DNA from: an uncultured Bacilli bacterium
GTDB lineage: Bacteria; Bacillota_I; Bacilli_A; RF39; UBA660
Direction: 5' to 3'
Length of the DNA: 64,000 nucleotides
NCBI GenBank assembly: GCA_934101645.1
Contig: CAKORX010000001.1
Span: 81,051 to 145,050 of the forward strand
The notes below the pieces were generated by a model, which ran no database searches, was not told the origin of the DNA, and was given only the letters and a program-made list of their open reading frames with translations. Positions 20,576 to 30,314 of the stretch are shown piece after piece; the first letter of the stretch is position 1; the number at the start of each line of letters is the position of its first letter. Position numbers and translations under genes: made by a program.

Positions 20576-23383
20576 TTATTTTCTTTTCAATATTTCTTTT
20601 AAGTAATAACCTGTATAAGAACCCTTTACTTTAGAAACTTCTTCAGGAGTACCAGTGCAAACGATTTTTCCACCACCATCTCCTCCTTCAGGACCTAAAT
20701 CAATTATATGATCTGCTACCTTGATAACATCTAAATTATGTTCAATAACAACAACTGTATCACCATTATCTACAATATTATTAAGAATCTCTAAAAGTTT
20801 TTTAATATCATCAGTATGAAGTCCGGTTGTAGGTTCATCAAGTATAAATATACTCTTTCCCGTAGCCTTTTTTTGTAATTCTTTAGAAAGTTTAACTCTT
20901 CCTGCTTCTCCTCCAGAAAGTGTTGGAGCACTTTGACCAAGTTTAATATATGAAAGTCCTACATCATTTAATACTTTTAATTTATTATATATTTTAGGAA
21001 CATTTTCGAAAAATGTTAAAGCCTCACTAACACGCATATCTAAAACATCTGCAATATTTTTTCCTTTATATGTAATATTTAAAGTTTCTTTATTATATCT
21101 TTTGCCATGGCAAACATCACAAGTTACATAAACATCCGGTAAAAAATGCATTTCAATCTTTTTAACACCATCACCATAACATGCTTCACATCTTCCACCT
21201 TTTACATTAAATGAAAATTTTCCTTTATCGTAACCTTTGATTTTAGCCTCTTTAGTATTTGTAAATAAATCTCTGATATCATCAAAAACACCTACATATG
21301 TTGAGGGATTACTTCTCGGAGTTCTTCCTATAGCATCTTGCGTAATCATTACAACTTTATCAATATTTTCCATACCTTCGATTTTTTTACATTCTCCAGG
21401 AATAACTTTTGATTTATATACATAGCTCTGAAGATTTTTATAAAGTATTTCGTTTACTAAGGTGCTTTTTCCACTACCAGATACACCGGTTACACAGACA
21501 AATTTTCCAAGAGGTATTTGAACATCAATATTTTTTAAGTTATTTTCTTTTGCACCAATAATATTTAAAAACTTACCATTGCCATTTCTTCTTTTCTTAG
21601 GTACCTCAATTTTCAAAGTACCATTTAAATATTTACCAGTTAAACTATTTGGATTTTTCATAACTTCTTCGGGAGTACCAAAGGCTACAACATTACCACC
21701 ATTTTCACCAGCTCCCGGGCCAATATCTACTAAAAAGTCACATTGTCTCATTGTATCTTCATCATGTTCAACTACAACTAAGGTATTACCTAAATCACGC
21801 ATTTCTTTTAAACTATCAATAAGTCTTTGATTATCTCTTTGATGAAGTCCTATTGATGGTTCATCTAAAACATATAAAACTCCAGAAAGTTTACTACCAA
21901 TTTGTGTTGCAAGCCTAATTCTTTGTGCTTCACCACCTGATAAAGTTTCAGCACTTCTATTCAAAGTTAAATAATTTAAACCAACATTTTCTAAAAATGA
22001 TAATCTATTAATTATTTCTTTTAAAATTAAACTACTAATATTTTTTTCTTCATCAGATAAAGATAAATCTAATAAAAATTTTTTTAATTTAGTAAGATTC
22101 ATTGCGGTTAAATCATAAATATTCTTTTTATTTATATAAATAGATAAAATTTCTTTTTTAAGCCTTGTTCCTTTACACTTTTCACAAGTACTTTCAACCA
22201 TATAATTAGAAAGCCAGTCTCTAATCCATCCCGCAGTTGTTTCTACATATCTTCTTTGTAATAAATTTACAACGCCTTCATAATAATCTGTAACATATCT
22301 AACATTACCAGTTTTAGATTCATATTTAAAATCAATTTTTTCTTTTGTACCATAAAAAATTATATCAAGTTTTGCTCTAGAAAGATTTTTTACCGGAGTA
22401 TCCATATCAATACCATATTTTTCACAAACTTGTTTCAAAGCACTGAAATATAAATTATTTTCATTATTTATTGGAAGTAATGCTCCATGGTTTAAAGTTT
22501 TATCTTTATCAGGCATTATTAAGTCTTCACTGATTTTTAATTTTGTACCAATACCTTTACATTCATCGCAAGCACCATATGGAGAGTTAAAAGAAAAAAT
22601 TCGCGGCTCTAATTCTGGAATTGAATAATTACATTTTGTACAAGCGTATTTTTCACTCATAACAATTTCTTCATCATCTATAATAAATACAACTTTGCCA
22701 TTTGCCATATTACATGATGCTTCAATATCCTCGAAAATTCTACTTCTTTCTTCAGCACTTATGGTTAACTTATCAATAACAATATCAATATTATCCTTAA
22801 TATTTTTTTCTAAAGTAATTTCATCATCAACGTTATAATATATACCATTTACTCTAAGTTTTGTATAGCCACTTTTTTTGGCTTCTTCGATTTCTTCTTC
22901 ATGTCTTCCTTTTTCACCATGAACTATCGGAGCTAATATTTGAACTTTTTTACCTTCATACTCCATTATTTTATTAGTCATTTCCTCAATAGATTGACTT
23001 TTTATAGGAATTTTATGAATTGGACAATAAGGTACACCAATTCTTGCAAAAAGCAAACGTAAATAATCATATATTTCAGTGATTGTTCCTACTGTAGAAC
23101 GAGGATTTTTATTCGTAGATTTTTGATCTATACTTATTGAGGGAGAAAGTCCTTCAATTGAATCAACATCAGGTTTATCCATGTTTCCAATAAACTGACG
23201 TGCATAAGCAGATAAACTTTCAACATATCTTCTTTGACCTTCCGCAAAAATAGTATCAAAAGCTAAACTACTTTTACCACTACCAGAAACACCTGTCATA
23301 ACTATTAATTTATTTTTAGGAAGAGTTAAATCTATATTTTTTAAATTATTCTCTCTTGCACCTTTTATAACAATATTATCCAT
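20576..23383 (-). CDS. uvrA: Excinuclease ABC subunit A
   Basis: 935 aa. Two ABC ATPase modules (GVSGSGKSSLAF and GVSGSGKSTL, each with an LSGGE signature) and Zn-finger Cys clusters. Confidence 0.95.
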   Translation of the reverse strand: MDNIVIKGARENNLKNIDLTLPKNKLIVMTGVSGSGKSSLAFDTIFAEGQRRYVESLSAYARQFIGNMDKPDVDSIEGLSPSISIDQKSTNKNPRSTVGTITEIYDYLRLLFARIGVPYCPIHKIPIKSQSIEEMTNKIMEYEGKKVQILAPIVHGEKGRHEEEIEEAKKSGYTKLRVNGIYYNVDDEITLEKNIKDNIDIVIDKLTISAEERSRIFEDIEASCNMANGKVVFIIDDEEIVMSEKYACTKCNYSIPELEPRIFSFNSPYGACDECKGIGTKLKISEDLIMPDKDKTLNHGALLPINNENNLYFSALKQVCEKYGIDMDTPVKNLSRAKLDIIFYGTKEKIDFKYESKTGNVRYVTDYYEGVVNLLQRRYVETTAGWIRDWLSNYMVESTCEKCKGTRLKKEILSIYINKKNIYDLTAMNLTKLKKFLLDLSLSDEEKNISSLILKEIINRLSFLENVGLNYLTLNRSAETLSGGEAQRIRLATQIGSKLSGVLYVLDEPSIGLHQRDNQRLIDSLKEMRDLGNTLVVVEHDEDTMRQCDFLVDIGPGAGENGGNVVAFGTPEEVMKNPNSLTGKYLNGTLKIEVPKKRRNGNGKFLNIIGAKENNLKNIDVQIPLGKFVCVTGVSGSGKSTLVNEILYKNLQSYVYKSKVIPGECKKIEGMENIDKVVMITQDAIGRTPRSNPSTYVGVFDDIRDLFTNTKEAKIKGYDKGKFSFNVKGGRCEACYGDGVKKIEMHFLPDVYVTCDVCHGKRYNKETLNITYKGKNIADVLDMRVSEALTFFENVPKIYNKLKVLNDVGLSYIKLGQSAPTLSGGEAGRVKLSKELQKKATGKSIFILDEPTTGLHTDDIKKLLEILNNIVDNGDTVVVIEHNLDVIKVADHIIDLGPEGGDGGGKIVCTGTPEEVSKVKGSYTGYYLKEILKRK

Positions 23384-23509
23384 TAATATACATCCTCCAA
23401 GCCTTATTATTTTACCACAAAAATAAATTTTTTTGCATATTTACTATAACATATTTTCATTCATAAATCAAATACAATTGTTCGTGTATAAACTATAAAA
23501 AAATAATGG

Positions 23510-23884
23510 TTAATTTTCATTATTCATATTGTATTTTTCTACTCTTTTAATGCATTTTGAACTTTTTGGTTTAGTAAAACATTCCATACAAACATCATAA
23601 TCATTTTTTACAGCATCAAAACCAGTTATCAAAGGATATATTCCATTCATAATACTAGGCAAAAAGAATATTACTACTGCAATAATAAATTTATTTATAA
23701 GTGATTTAATACCCTTTTTTATTTCTTTATCATCATCAGAAATAACTGCTTTTCCTAAAGTTAAAATACCCATTACAATTAACACTATTGGAAGTAAAAT
23801 TTTAACAATTATAAGTATATATCCTAAATTTTGCCATACAGTAATTGTACTTTGGCAAAAACCATTTTCAGTCCCAAGTCCCAT
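23510..23884 (-). CDS. Small 2-TM membrane protein with a Cys-rich C-terminal tail, paralog of the next gene. Function unknown.
   Basis: 124 aa. Two hydrophobic helices are separated by the charged loop SDDDKEIKKG. The C-terminus carries the motif CMECFTKPKSSKC. Confidence 0.55.
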   Translation of the reverse strand: MGLGTENGFCQSTITVWQNLGYILIIVKILLPIVLIVMGILTLGKAVISDDDKEIKKGIKSLINKFIIAVVIFFLPSIMNGIYPLITGFDAVKNDYDVCMECFTKPKSSKCIKRVEKYNMNNEN

Positions 23885-23983
23885 ACAAATCTCCCCTTCA
23901 TTAAAAATATATCACTAACTATACCACATATTCAAAAAAAATACAAATAAAAAACCATTATCACTTAAGATAATGGTTAATTA

Positions 23984-24367
23984 TTAATTTCCTCCAGATA
24001 CAGGACATTTAGATTGTGGACTACCAATACATTCAACACAAACCATGTAATCAGGTTTAACGTCATTAAATCCATTTACTAAATTAAAACATGCAGTAAC
24101 GATATTTGGTAAAAAGAATATTACAACTGCCGCAATAAACTTAGTTATTAATCTATTAACTTGCGTTTTAATTTCCTTATCATCATCTGCAAGAACTGCC
24201 TTTCCAAGTCCAATAATTCCTAAAACGATTAAAACAACTGGAATAACAATTTTTAAAACTAAAACAATTCTTCCAACAAATTGCCAAACGTCAGCTGTTT
24301 GTGAGCAAAATCCGTCAGCACCGCCTAAAGTAGATGGATCAAAATCATCAAATAATCTCATATACAA
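23984..24367 (-). CDS. Small 2-TM membrane protein with a Cys-rich C-terminal tail. Function unknown, possibly a pilin-like accessory.
   Basis: 127 aa with the same architecture as the previous gene (loop LADDDKEIKTQ, C-terminal motif CVECIGSPQSKC). Its topology only superficially resembles VirB2/TrbC. Confidence 0.55.
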   Translation of the reverse strand: MYMRLFDDFDPSTLGGADGFCSQTADVWQFVGRIVLVLKIVIPVVLIVLGIIGLGKAVLADDDKEIKTQVNRLITKFIAAVVIFFLPNIVTACFNLVNGFNDVKPDYMVCVECIGSPQSKCPVSGGN

Positions 24368-24439
24368 CTCTCCTTTACATACCTATATTTTACCTTTTTT
24401 ATATATTTATGTCAATATTTACTACAAATAGTTTACAAG

Positions 24440-25438
24440 CTATCTAAAGATACTAAATCCAAAAGATTCTTTATCAGAAATTCTTGTAAAACCTAATTCT
24501 TTAAGTAACTTATTAATTATCTTGTTATCGTCAATTTTATCATCAACATTTGGTAAATTGAAAAATACTTTACTACCACTTTCTTTTTCAAAATCACTTA
24601 CATCGTTATCGTTTAATACACTACGATTTAAGATAATCTTTTTGCCTTTTAACTTTTCAAAAGCCTTATGATCTGTTTTAATTAATTTATTAAGCTGAAT
24701 AAGGCCAGGCTCAATTAAATAAATTATATCCGTACAATAAGAACTTGCATCAGCATTATTCATATCAATTATAATAACTTCAGCATCTTTATTACTTGCA
24801 TCATCTAAATATTTTTCTATATCAAAACTATTTACATTGCTTTTTAAATTACTATCATTAAAATAAACAAAATCGCTTTTATCTAGTTCTGCAGCTTTAA
24901 CTTTATATTCCTTTTCTAGATGTTTTTTTAATAAATAAGCAAGTGTAGTAGCACCAGCATGTTCAGTAACATTTTTAATACCTAAAACTCTTCTTCCAAT
25001 AAAACCAACACTTTTATCAACTGCTTTATCATTAAGTTTTCTTTCTTCAGCTGCCATATTCAAATTATGATAATTGGCAACATCTTTGTATGTATTTGGG
25101 TTATCTATTAAAAAAGGTATAGAATCTACATTTTTTGTAAAATTGTAAATACCCATTGATACAAGACTTGACAAATACATTGGTGAGTTTACCTTCGGAG
25201 AATCATCTAAAAGTAAAATTACTTTACTCATGTCAAGAGCTACTGACAAATCTTGAATTGTGTTAATATCCTCGTAATTTTCAAGTGCTGTAATATCTAA
25301 AATCATTCTATTGTAATAAAAATTTTTGAATTGAGATGCTAAATCATTTACCTCAAAAACCCCGTTTAAAGTTTTAATTACATCTATGCCTAAACCAGCA
25401 AGTAATGCTTCATTTTTATTTGAAATAATAACGTTCAT
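24440..25438 (-). CDS. TadZ/CpaE-like pilus-assembly protein with a MinD/ParA-type ATPase fold and a degenerate P-loop
   Basis: The N-terminus is a receiver-like domain. The central segment GIKNVTEHAGATTLAYLL aligns to the MinD P-loop region but lacks the Lys. The gene lies immediately downstream of the pilin genes, as in Tad loci. Confidence 0.5.
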   Translation of the reverse strand: MNVIISNKNEALLAGLGIDVIKTLNGVFEVNDLASQFKNFYYNRMILDITALENYEDINTIQDLSVALDMSKVILLLDDSPKVNSPMYLSSLVSMGIYNFTKNVDSIPFLIDNPNTYKDVANYHNLNMAAEERKLNDKAVDKSVGFIGRRVLGIKNVTEHAGATTLAYLLKKHLEKEYKVKAAELDKSDFVYFNDSNLKSNVNSFDIEKYLDDASNKDAEVIIIDMNNADASSYCTDIIYLIEPGLIQLNKLIKTDHKAFEKLKGKKIILNRSVLNDNDVSDFEKESGSKVFFNLPNVDDKIDDNKIINKLLKELGFTRISDKESFGFSIFR

Positions 25439-25449
25439 AAAAAACCTCC

Positions 25450-25968
25450 TTAACTATATAATAATTTTGTTTCACCAATTGCTCTAAAATTAAATATGGC
25501 ATGTAAAACTGGAATATCTAACTGATAAAAAACATATACACGATAATAATAACCTTTTAGTGTATCCTCAGATTTATTACTATCTATCTTCGCAATGCAA
25601 AAAGAACTTTTTTTACCACTTAAAGTTTTATCGCCATTTCTCTGATAACCAACCATATCTACGACAACACTGCCGTTTTCATTAAATGGTATATCTTCAC
25701 AACTTCCTTGTTGACGATAAGAATTACTTTCTAATGAATCAACAATATTTTGTAAAGTGGCTTGATCTTTATTATCCATATTACAATTTCCTAAGAAACA
25801 TTGAGCGCTTGTATCAAATCCTCCAGCAGTTTCGATTATTGAAACTATTTGGTCCTTTACAGCAAAAGCATTAGCCTGATTTAATGTAAGAGACATTACT
25901 CCTGCAAAAATAAGTACCATTACAACAACAATTAAAAATAATTGTATTCCGCCTATTCCTTCTCTCAT
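25450..25968 (-). CDS. Pseudopilin-like protein, TadE-like. It has an N-terminal hydrophobic segment after a short charged leader.
   Basis: The N-terminus reads MREGIGG|IQLFLIVVVMVLIFAG followed by an extracellular domain. Its position in the Tad-like operon supports the call. Confidence 0.4.
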   Translation of the reverse strand: MREGIGGIQLFLIVVVMVLIFAGVMSLTLNQANAFAVKDQIVSIIETAGGFDTSAQCFLGNCNMDNKDQATLQNIVDSLESNSYRQQGSCEDIPFNENGSVVVDMVGYQRNGDKTLSGKKSSFCIAKIDSNKSEDTLKGYYYRVYVFYQLDIPVLHAIFNFRAIGETKLLYS

Positions 25969-25974
25969 AACTTA

Positions 25975-26196
25975 CTACCCCTTAAACATACATTGGAAAC
26001 TTTTACCATCTAAGGTGCAATTTACCATACCATTTTCATCAGGATACACTGAACAACTTGCTTTTTCACAACTTGTTTGCGCAACAAAATTAGTTTTAAT
26101 TATTGGCCATATTGTAAAGTAAAAAAAGGCTACGAGAATAGCCACACAAACACATACAACAACAAGATTTGCTAGACTTCCCGTAGCATTTTTCAT
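25975..26196 (-). CDS. Flp-type pilin-like small protein with a Cys-rich C-terminus
   Basis: 73 aa. The N-terminus MKNATGSLANLVVVCVCVAILVAF is a short polar leader ending in G plus a hydrophobic helix. It shares the K-x-A-T-G-[ES]-L-x-N motif with the next gene. Confidence 0.55.
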   Translation of the reverse strand: MKNATGSLANLVVVCVCVAILVAFFYFTIWPIIKTNFVAQTSCEKASCSVYPDENGMVNCTLDGKSFQCMFKG

Positions 26197-26220
26197 TTTT
26201 TCTTACTCCTTTTTGATTAA

Positions 26221-26481
26221 TTATTGACCTACTGTACAATCACATTGAATAGTGTCTTCGCTAATATTCATACCAGCAGCACTATCAGCATCTGTGTAAT
26301 AATGGCATTCTTGAGTACCATTATCACATGCAGTACATTGTACTGCAGCATGACAATAAGTTCTTGCTCTAATAGCGTTTCTTAAAGCGGGATATAAGAA
26401 TACTGTGAATAATGTTAGTATAGCAGCAATTGCAACTACAGTTATAACAGTGTTACTTAATTCACCTGTAGCTTCCTTCAT
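26221..26481 (-). CDS. Flp-type pilin-like small protein with a Cys-rich C-terminus
   Basis: 86 aa. The N-terminus MKEATGELSNTVITVVAIAAILTLF is followed by 8 Cys in the C-terminal 50 aa. Confidence 0.55.
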   Translation of the reverse strand: MKEATGELSNTVITVVAIAAILTLFTVFLYPALRNAIRARTYCHAAVQCTACDNGTQECHYYTDADSAAGMNISEDTIQCDCTVGQ

Positions 26482-26551
26482 ATATTTAATCCTCCTTTAT
26501 TGTATATTTTTATTATAACAACATTTTATTTAATTATCAATATATTTTACA

Positions 26552-27343
26552 TTATAGATTAATCATTTCAAGTACAGCAAGTATCAAGATAATCATTACA
26601 CCTACACCTGTTGTAACAAGCATTCTCATGGTCATACTTTCCATTTTATCAAGACGATTTTTATATCTTGTTTCTCTAGCCTTTTGCTGTAAAGATGAAA
26701 TTGATTTTGAAAATGTTAATAATTGTTCTTGTTTTCTTTCCTGTCTTCCTAAACTTAAACGATATAGTAGTCTCATCATTCTCATACTATCTCTAACAGG
26801 ATATTCTTTTGCAAATTCCATATAGGGAGTAATTGTATCATCACCAGAGTTAATTGCATTTATTAGTTCCTCAAGACCTGGTTTAAATATCTCTGGTGCA
26901 TCATTTATAGATTTACCTATTGCAACTGGAACTGTATAGTGTTGAATTAATATTTCAATACTTTTTAAATAGTGTGGAAGCAAAGAATCTATTTGAGCAA
27001 TATGCTTTTTATAGTAGTTTTTTATTTCCATATAAGTTATTTTAAATACACCATAACCTACAGCCACTGCAATAACCATTTTTATCGCAGAAAAGCCTGT
27101 CATCATTACGTAAAATACTGCTAAAATTGTACCAATTAAACCATTTCTAACACGTTTATTAAAAAGAATATCGGGATTTACGGCATTACCATATTTTGCT
27201 TTAACATAAAAATCCCAATCACTTTCTTTTAATTTTCTAAAAATAACTTCATTATCACTAATTAATTTACTAAAACTAATTTGTCCCGTAGTGAACATTA
27301 TTAAATAAATAATGGCCCCTAAAATAAATATTTCATAATACAT
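26552..27343 (-). CDS. tadC: Tad pilus assembly inner-membrane protein of the TadC/GspF-domain family
   Basis: 263 aa. An N-terminal TM, a cytoplasmic domain and C-terminal TMs. Adjacent to the TadB-like gene and the ATPase. Confidence 0.55.
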   Translation of the reverse strand: MYYEIFILGAIIYLIMFTTGQISFSKLISDNEVIFRKLKESDWDFYVKAKYGNAVNPDILFNKRVRNGLIGTILAVFYVMMTGFSAIKMVIAVAVGYGVFKITYMEIKNYYKKHIAQIDSLLPHYLKSIEILIQHYTVPVAIGKSINDAPEIFKPGLEELINAINSGDDTITPYMEFAKEYPVRDSMRMMRLLYRLSLGRQERKQEQLLTFSKSISSLQQKARETRYKNRLDKMESMTMRMLVTTGVGVMIILILAVLEMINL

Positions 27344-27344
27344 A

Positions 27345-28247
27345 TTATTCTACCCCCACATCTTCATTATAATATTTTTCACCTTTTAATAGGAACAAAG
27401 CATTTATAATAATAATTGCATGAAGTATAATTTGCACATACCATATATCTAAAAGGTCCATATATCTTTCAGTACCATACATGTATTGTACAGCTAAAAT
27501 CAAGAAAAATAATGCTAAACCAAATTTAATAAATCTTCCATGGAAATTTTTACGATCCATTTGGTCCCTATAAACGCCTTCAACAAGAGCATCTATATCC
27601 ATTGACATGTTCTCTAAACTTTGTCCAGCATCCCTTGCACCTTCTTTAGTTATTTGATAGAAAAGTTGGTGCATATTTTTAACCATATAATATGGATATT
27701 TTTTATTAAAATAATCAATTGATTCATCTATCGTACCATTTTGATAAGACATATCAATCATCTTTTTAAGGTCACCTAATACAGGTTCTTCAATAATACC
27801 AGAATCCCTAACACCCTCTAATGATTTAACAAAACTTTGAGTTGTATTAAACTCCATTATTACATTGGTTGTGTAAGTTTCAATTTGTTCAAATATAAAT
27901 TCTGAATATATTCTTTGGCATCTTAAATATGCTAGATAAGGAATTACAGATATTGCCACCACAGCATAAACAATTGATATCAAAACATTATAAAAATATA
28001 AATACGCTACGATACCAGCAAAACCAGCAAATAAAACTATTTGTGAAATATATTGTCTCGTAGTAAACTCTTGACCAAGTTCTTTAGCTTTTGCTCTTAC
28101 TGTCTTAAATGAATACGGAGCATATTTTTCATAAGCATTTGATGCAGTGGTAACAAAAAACTTATAAACATTTTCTCCAGGATTTCTACGATACAAAATG
28201 ATAAAAATTCCCAGTAACAAAAGTATAATAAGTTCTAACACATACAT
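27345..28247 (-). CDS. tadB: Tad pilus assembly inner-membrane protein of the TadB/GspF-domain family
   Basis: 300 aa with polytopic topology typical of the T2SS F domain. The ORF start is only about 10 nt downstream of the ATPase ORF end (stop not checked), and the ORF end is 2 nt from the TadC-like ORF start. Confidence 0.55.
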   Translation of the reverse strand: MYVLELIILLLLGIFIILYRRNPGENVYKFFVTTASNAYEKYAPYSFKTVRAKAKELGQEFTTRQYISQIVLFAGFAGIVAYLYFYNVLISIVYAVVAISVIPYLAYLRCQRIYSEFIFEQIETYTTNVIMEFNTTQSFVKSLEGVRDSGIIEEPVLGDLKKMIDMSYQNGTIDESIDYFNKKYPYYMVKNMHQLFYQITKEGARDAGQSLENMSMDIDALVEGVYRDQMDRKNFHGRFIKFGLALFFLILAVQYMYGTERYMDLLDIWYVQIILHAIIIINALFLLKGEKYYNEDVGVE

Positions 28248-28259
28248 ATAAACTCCTTT

Positions 28260-29402
28260 CTATAATGAATCAATAGCTTCCATTTTTGGCATTTCTAATT
28301 CTACATCTTCATTATTTGTTTCTTTTTTTACTTCATCGGTGTTATTAACTTCATCAAATAAAGTTTCATCAAGTTTCTTTCCTTGTGCTCCAAAATAATC
28401 CTTTAAATATTTCGTAGGTTTATTAAATGAAATAGTTCCATCCAAGCTCTTAGAAAATATTTTATTTACACCAGCTTCATTATTTTCATCTACATAAAAT
28501 TCCGCAACCTCAACTATTTCACGTTGAAATCTTTGAAGTTCTGCACTCATGTATCCTTTAACATGGATACCAATTTGTACATATCTATGAATTGATTTTA
28601 AAAATTGTTCAATATCTTGATTGCTTTCAAGAAGTGAATACATACGCATTGGAATATGACTTGCACTATCTGAGTGAATTGTAGAAATAATATTATGTCC
28701 TGATGAAATAGAGTTACGTACAGCAGTAACAGCTTCGGCAGAACGAACTTCGGAAAGTAGTATCCATTTAGGATTCTGTCTCATACATGTTACAAGTACA
28801 TCAGAATACGATGCAATATTATTGGTTTTCATTGCAACAATATCTCTATGTGGAAAAATTCTATCTAAATGTAATTCCAAAGTATCTTCGATTGTAATAA
28901 TTTTTTCGTTTTCCTCAGTATTTGAAGCTAAATATTTAGCAAGTTCAGTTTTACCTGAACCAGTTTCACCGGAAATAATAATATTGCAGTGTGCTTTAAC
29001 ACATGATATTAAAAAATTATGTACATTTTCAGTAACATATTTTTCATTAAGTAATTTTTCTTTATTAAGTCTTATCTTTGCAGGTGTTTTTCTTATAACA
29101 CATGCAATTCCATTTGTAGCAATACTTTCATGAACAAAGTTAAGACGAAGTTCTGTACTTTCGGCATCCAGAAATGGATGAGCCATGTTAAATGTAGTTC
29201 CCATAACATTTGAACATTGAAAAGCAAGTTTTTCCATTAAAGCATTATTTATTTCAGGTCTATTGACCATATATATACCTTTATCCAAAGTTTTTAGCCA
29301 AACATTTCCACCATTTGAGTACGAAATATCGGTAATATTATCATCATTTAAAAACTCAGTTATTGGTCCAAAATCTAATTGTGAAAATATTGATTCTTTC
29401 AC
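28260..29402 (-). CDS. tadA: Secretion ATPase of the CpaF/TadA/VirB11 family
   Basis: Walker A in IIISGETGSGKTE. His-box-like SSGHNIISTIHSDSA. GTG start with a GGAG RBS. Confidence 0.8.
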   Translation of the reverse strand: MKESIFSQLDFGPITEFLNDDNITDISYSNGGNVWLKTLDKGIYMVNRPEINNALMEKLAFQCSNVMGTTFNMAHPFLDAESTELRLNFVHESIATNGIACVIRKTPAKIRLNKEKLLNEKYVTENVHNFLISCVKAHCNIIISGETGSGKTELAKYLASNTEENEKIITIEDTLELHLDRIFPHRDIVAMKTNNIASYSDVLVTCMRQNPKWILLSEVRSAEAVTAVRNSISSGHNIISTIHSDSASHIPMRMYSLLESNQDIEQFLKSIHRYVQIGIHVKGYMSAELQRFQREIVEVAEFYVDENNEAGVNKIFSKSLDGTISFNKPTKYLKDYFGAQGKKLDETLFDEVNNTDEVKKETNNEDVELEMPKMEAIDSL

Positions 29403-29424
29403 AAATAATCACTCCCTTTTATTT

Positions 29425-30195
29425 TTATTCTTCTGGTAATGGTGAAGTCTTAGCTAATATAAAGTTCTTTAGATATTCTACAGTAACAGTACTAGCATTT
29501 TTTTCTGTATATGCTTTATTACGAGGTACAGGTACTAAAGTAATACCTGAAATATATCCAGCATACATTAATAATTTATACATGTCATTTGGTACGGCAA
29601 ATAAAAGTTCAGCAGGTGTTCTTGTCTCAGTAGAGCCAAATACATCTTTACCACTTGCATCACGTACACCTAAAACTGTGATACTTTCAATAAAGTTACC
29701 AAACATAATTTTTCCACTATCATCAGTAGCTTTTAAATAAAGGTCAATTTTATCACCAGGATAAATTGAATTACCAAATGTTGTATGATTATTAACAGAC
29801 ATACTATAAATTGTATGCTTATCTGGAATATTATCAAATACTGAGTTTGGTAGTTCAGCTTTTGTAACTACTTGAGTTTTATAGAAAAGTCCTCCTTTAG
29901 GAATAGATGTACCAGTAGTAACATAATAACCAATTAAAGCTCCTTGACTTTGAATAATATCTGCAGTTTTTAAGAGTTTATTATTAACCTCTACAAACCC
30001 AATCTTATCTTCAGTAATTTCTTCTGTAGCTTTAATCTCTTCCTTTGCATAAGGTACTCTTATCGGTGTTGTTGCCTCTTTTACTCTTGCTGAGTAAAAA
30101 GCCCAAAGTACAACAATACCTGCAAGTACAAGTAAAATAGTAACTGTATTTTTATTTGCAACAGTCTTTCTAATAAATTCTTTTATATTTCCCAT
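29425..30195 (-). CDS. cpaB: Flp pilus assembly protein CpaB/RcpC-like (N-terminal TM plus a SAF-like domain)
   Basis: The likely start is ATG at 30195 (MGNIKEF...) with a GGAGGA RBS. The ORF is open further upstream to 30270. TM is TVTILLVLAGIVVLWAF, and the SAF-like region is ADIIQSQGALIGYYVTTGTSIP. Confidence 0.5.
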   Translation of the reverse strand: MGNIKEFIRKTVANKNTVTILLVLAGIVVLWAFYSARVKEATTPIRVPYAKEEIKATEEITEDKIGFVEVNNKLLKTADIIQSQGALIGYYVTTGTSIPKGGLFYKTQVVTKAELPNSVFDNIPDKHTIYSMSVNNHTTFGNSIYPGDKIDLYLKATDDSGKIMFGNFIESITVLGVRDASGKDVFGSTETRTPAELLFAVPNDMYKLLMYAGYISGITLVPVPRNKAYTEKNASTVTVEYLKNFILAKTSPLPEE

Positions 30196-30314
30196 TTTTA
30201 TCCTCCATATTGATAATCTTCTACTATCAATTAAAATTATAGCAATTTTTAAAAATATTTTCAATAACATATCATAAAAAAAGACACATTTTTATTCTCG
30301 TGTCTTTTTGGTTT

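Noticed and set aside
23447-23458. Possible LexA/Cheo box (TAACATATTTTC) about 65 bp upstream of uvrA
   Set aside because: It has two mismatches to GAACN4GTTC, including loss of the critical G of the left GAAC and of the GTTC half. It is too degenerate to call without the genome's own SOS boxes for comparison.
23984-24367. Calling the small 2-TM proteins VirB2/TrbC conjugative pilins
   Set aside because: VirB2-family proteins lack the ~45-aa Cys-rich C-terminal tail seen here. No T4SS components (VirB4, relaxase, coupling protein) are present, so the resemblance is only topological.
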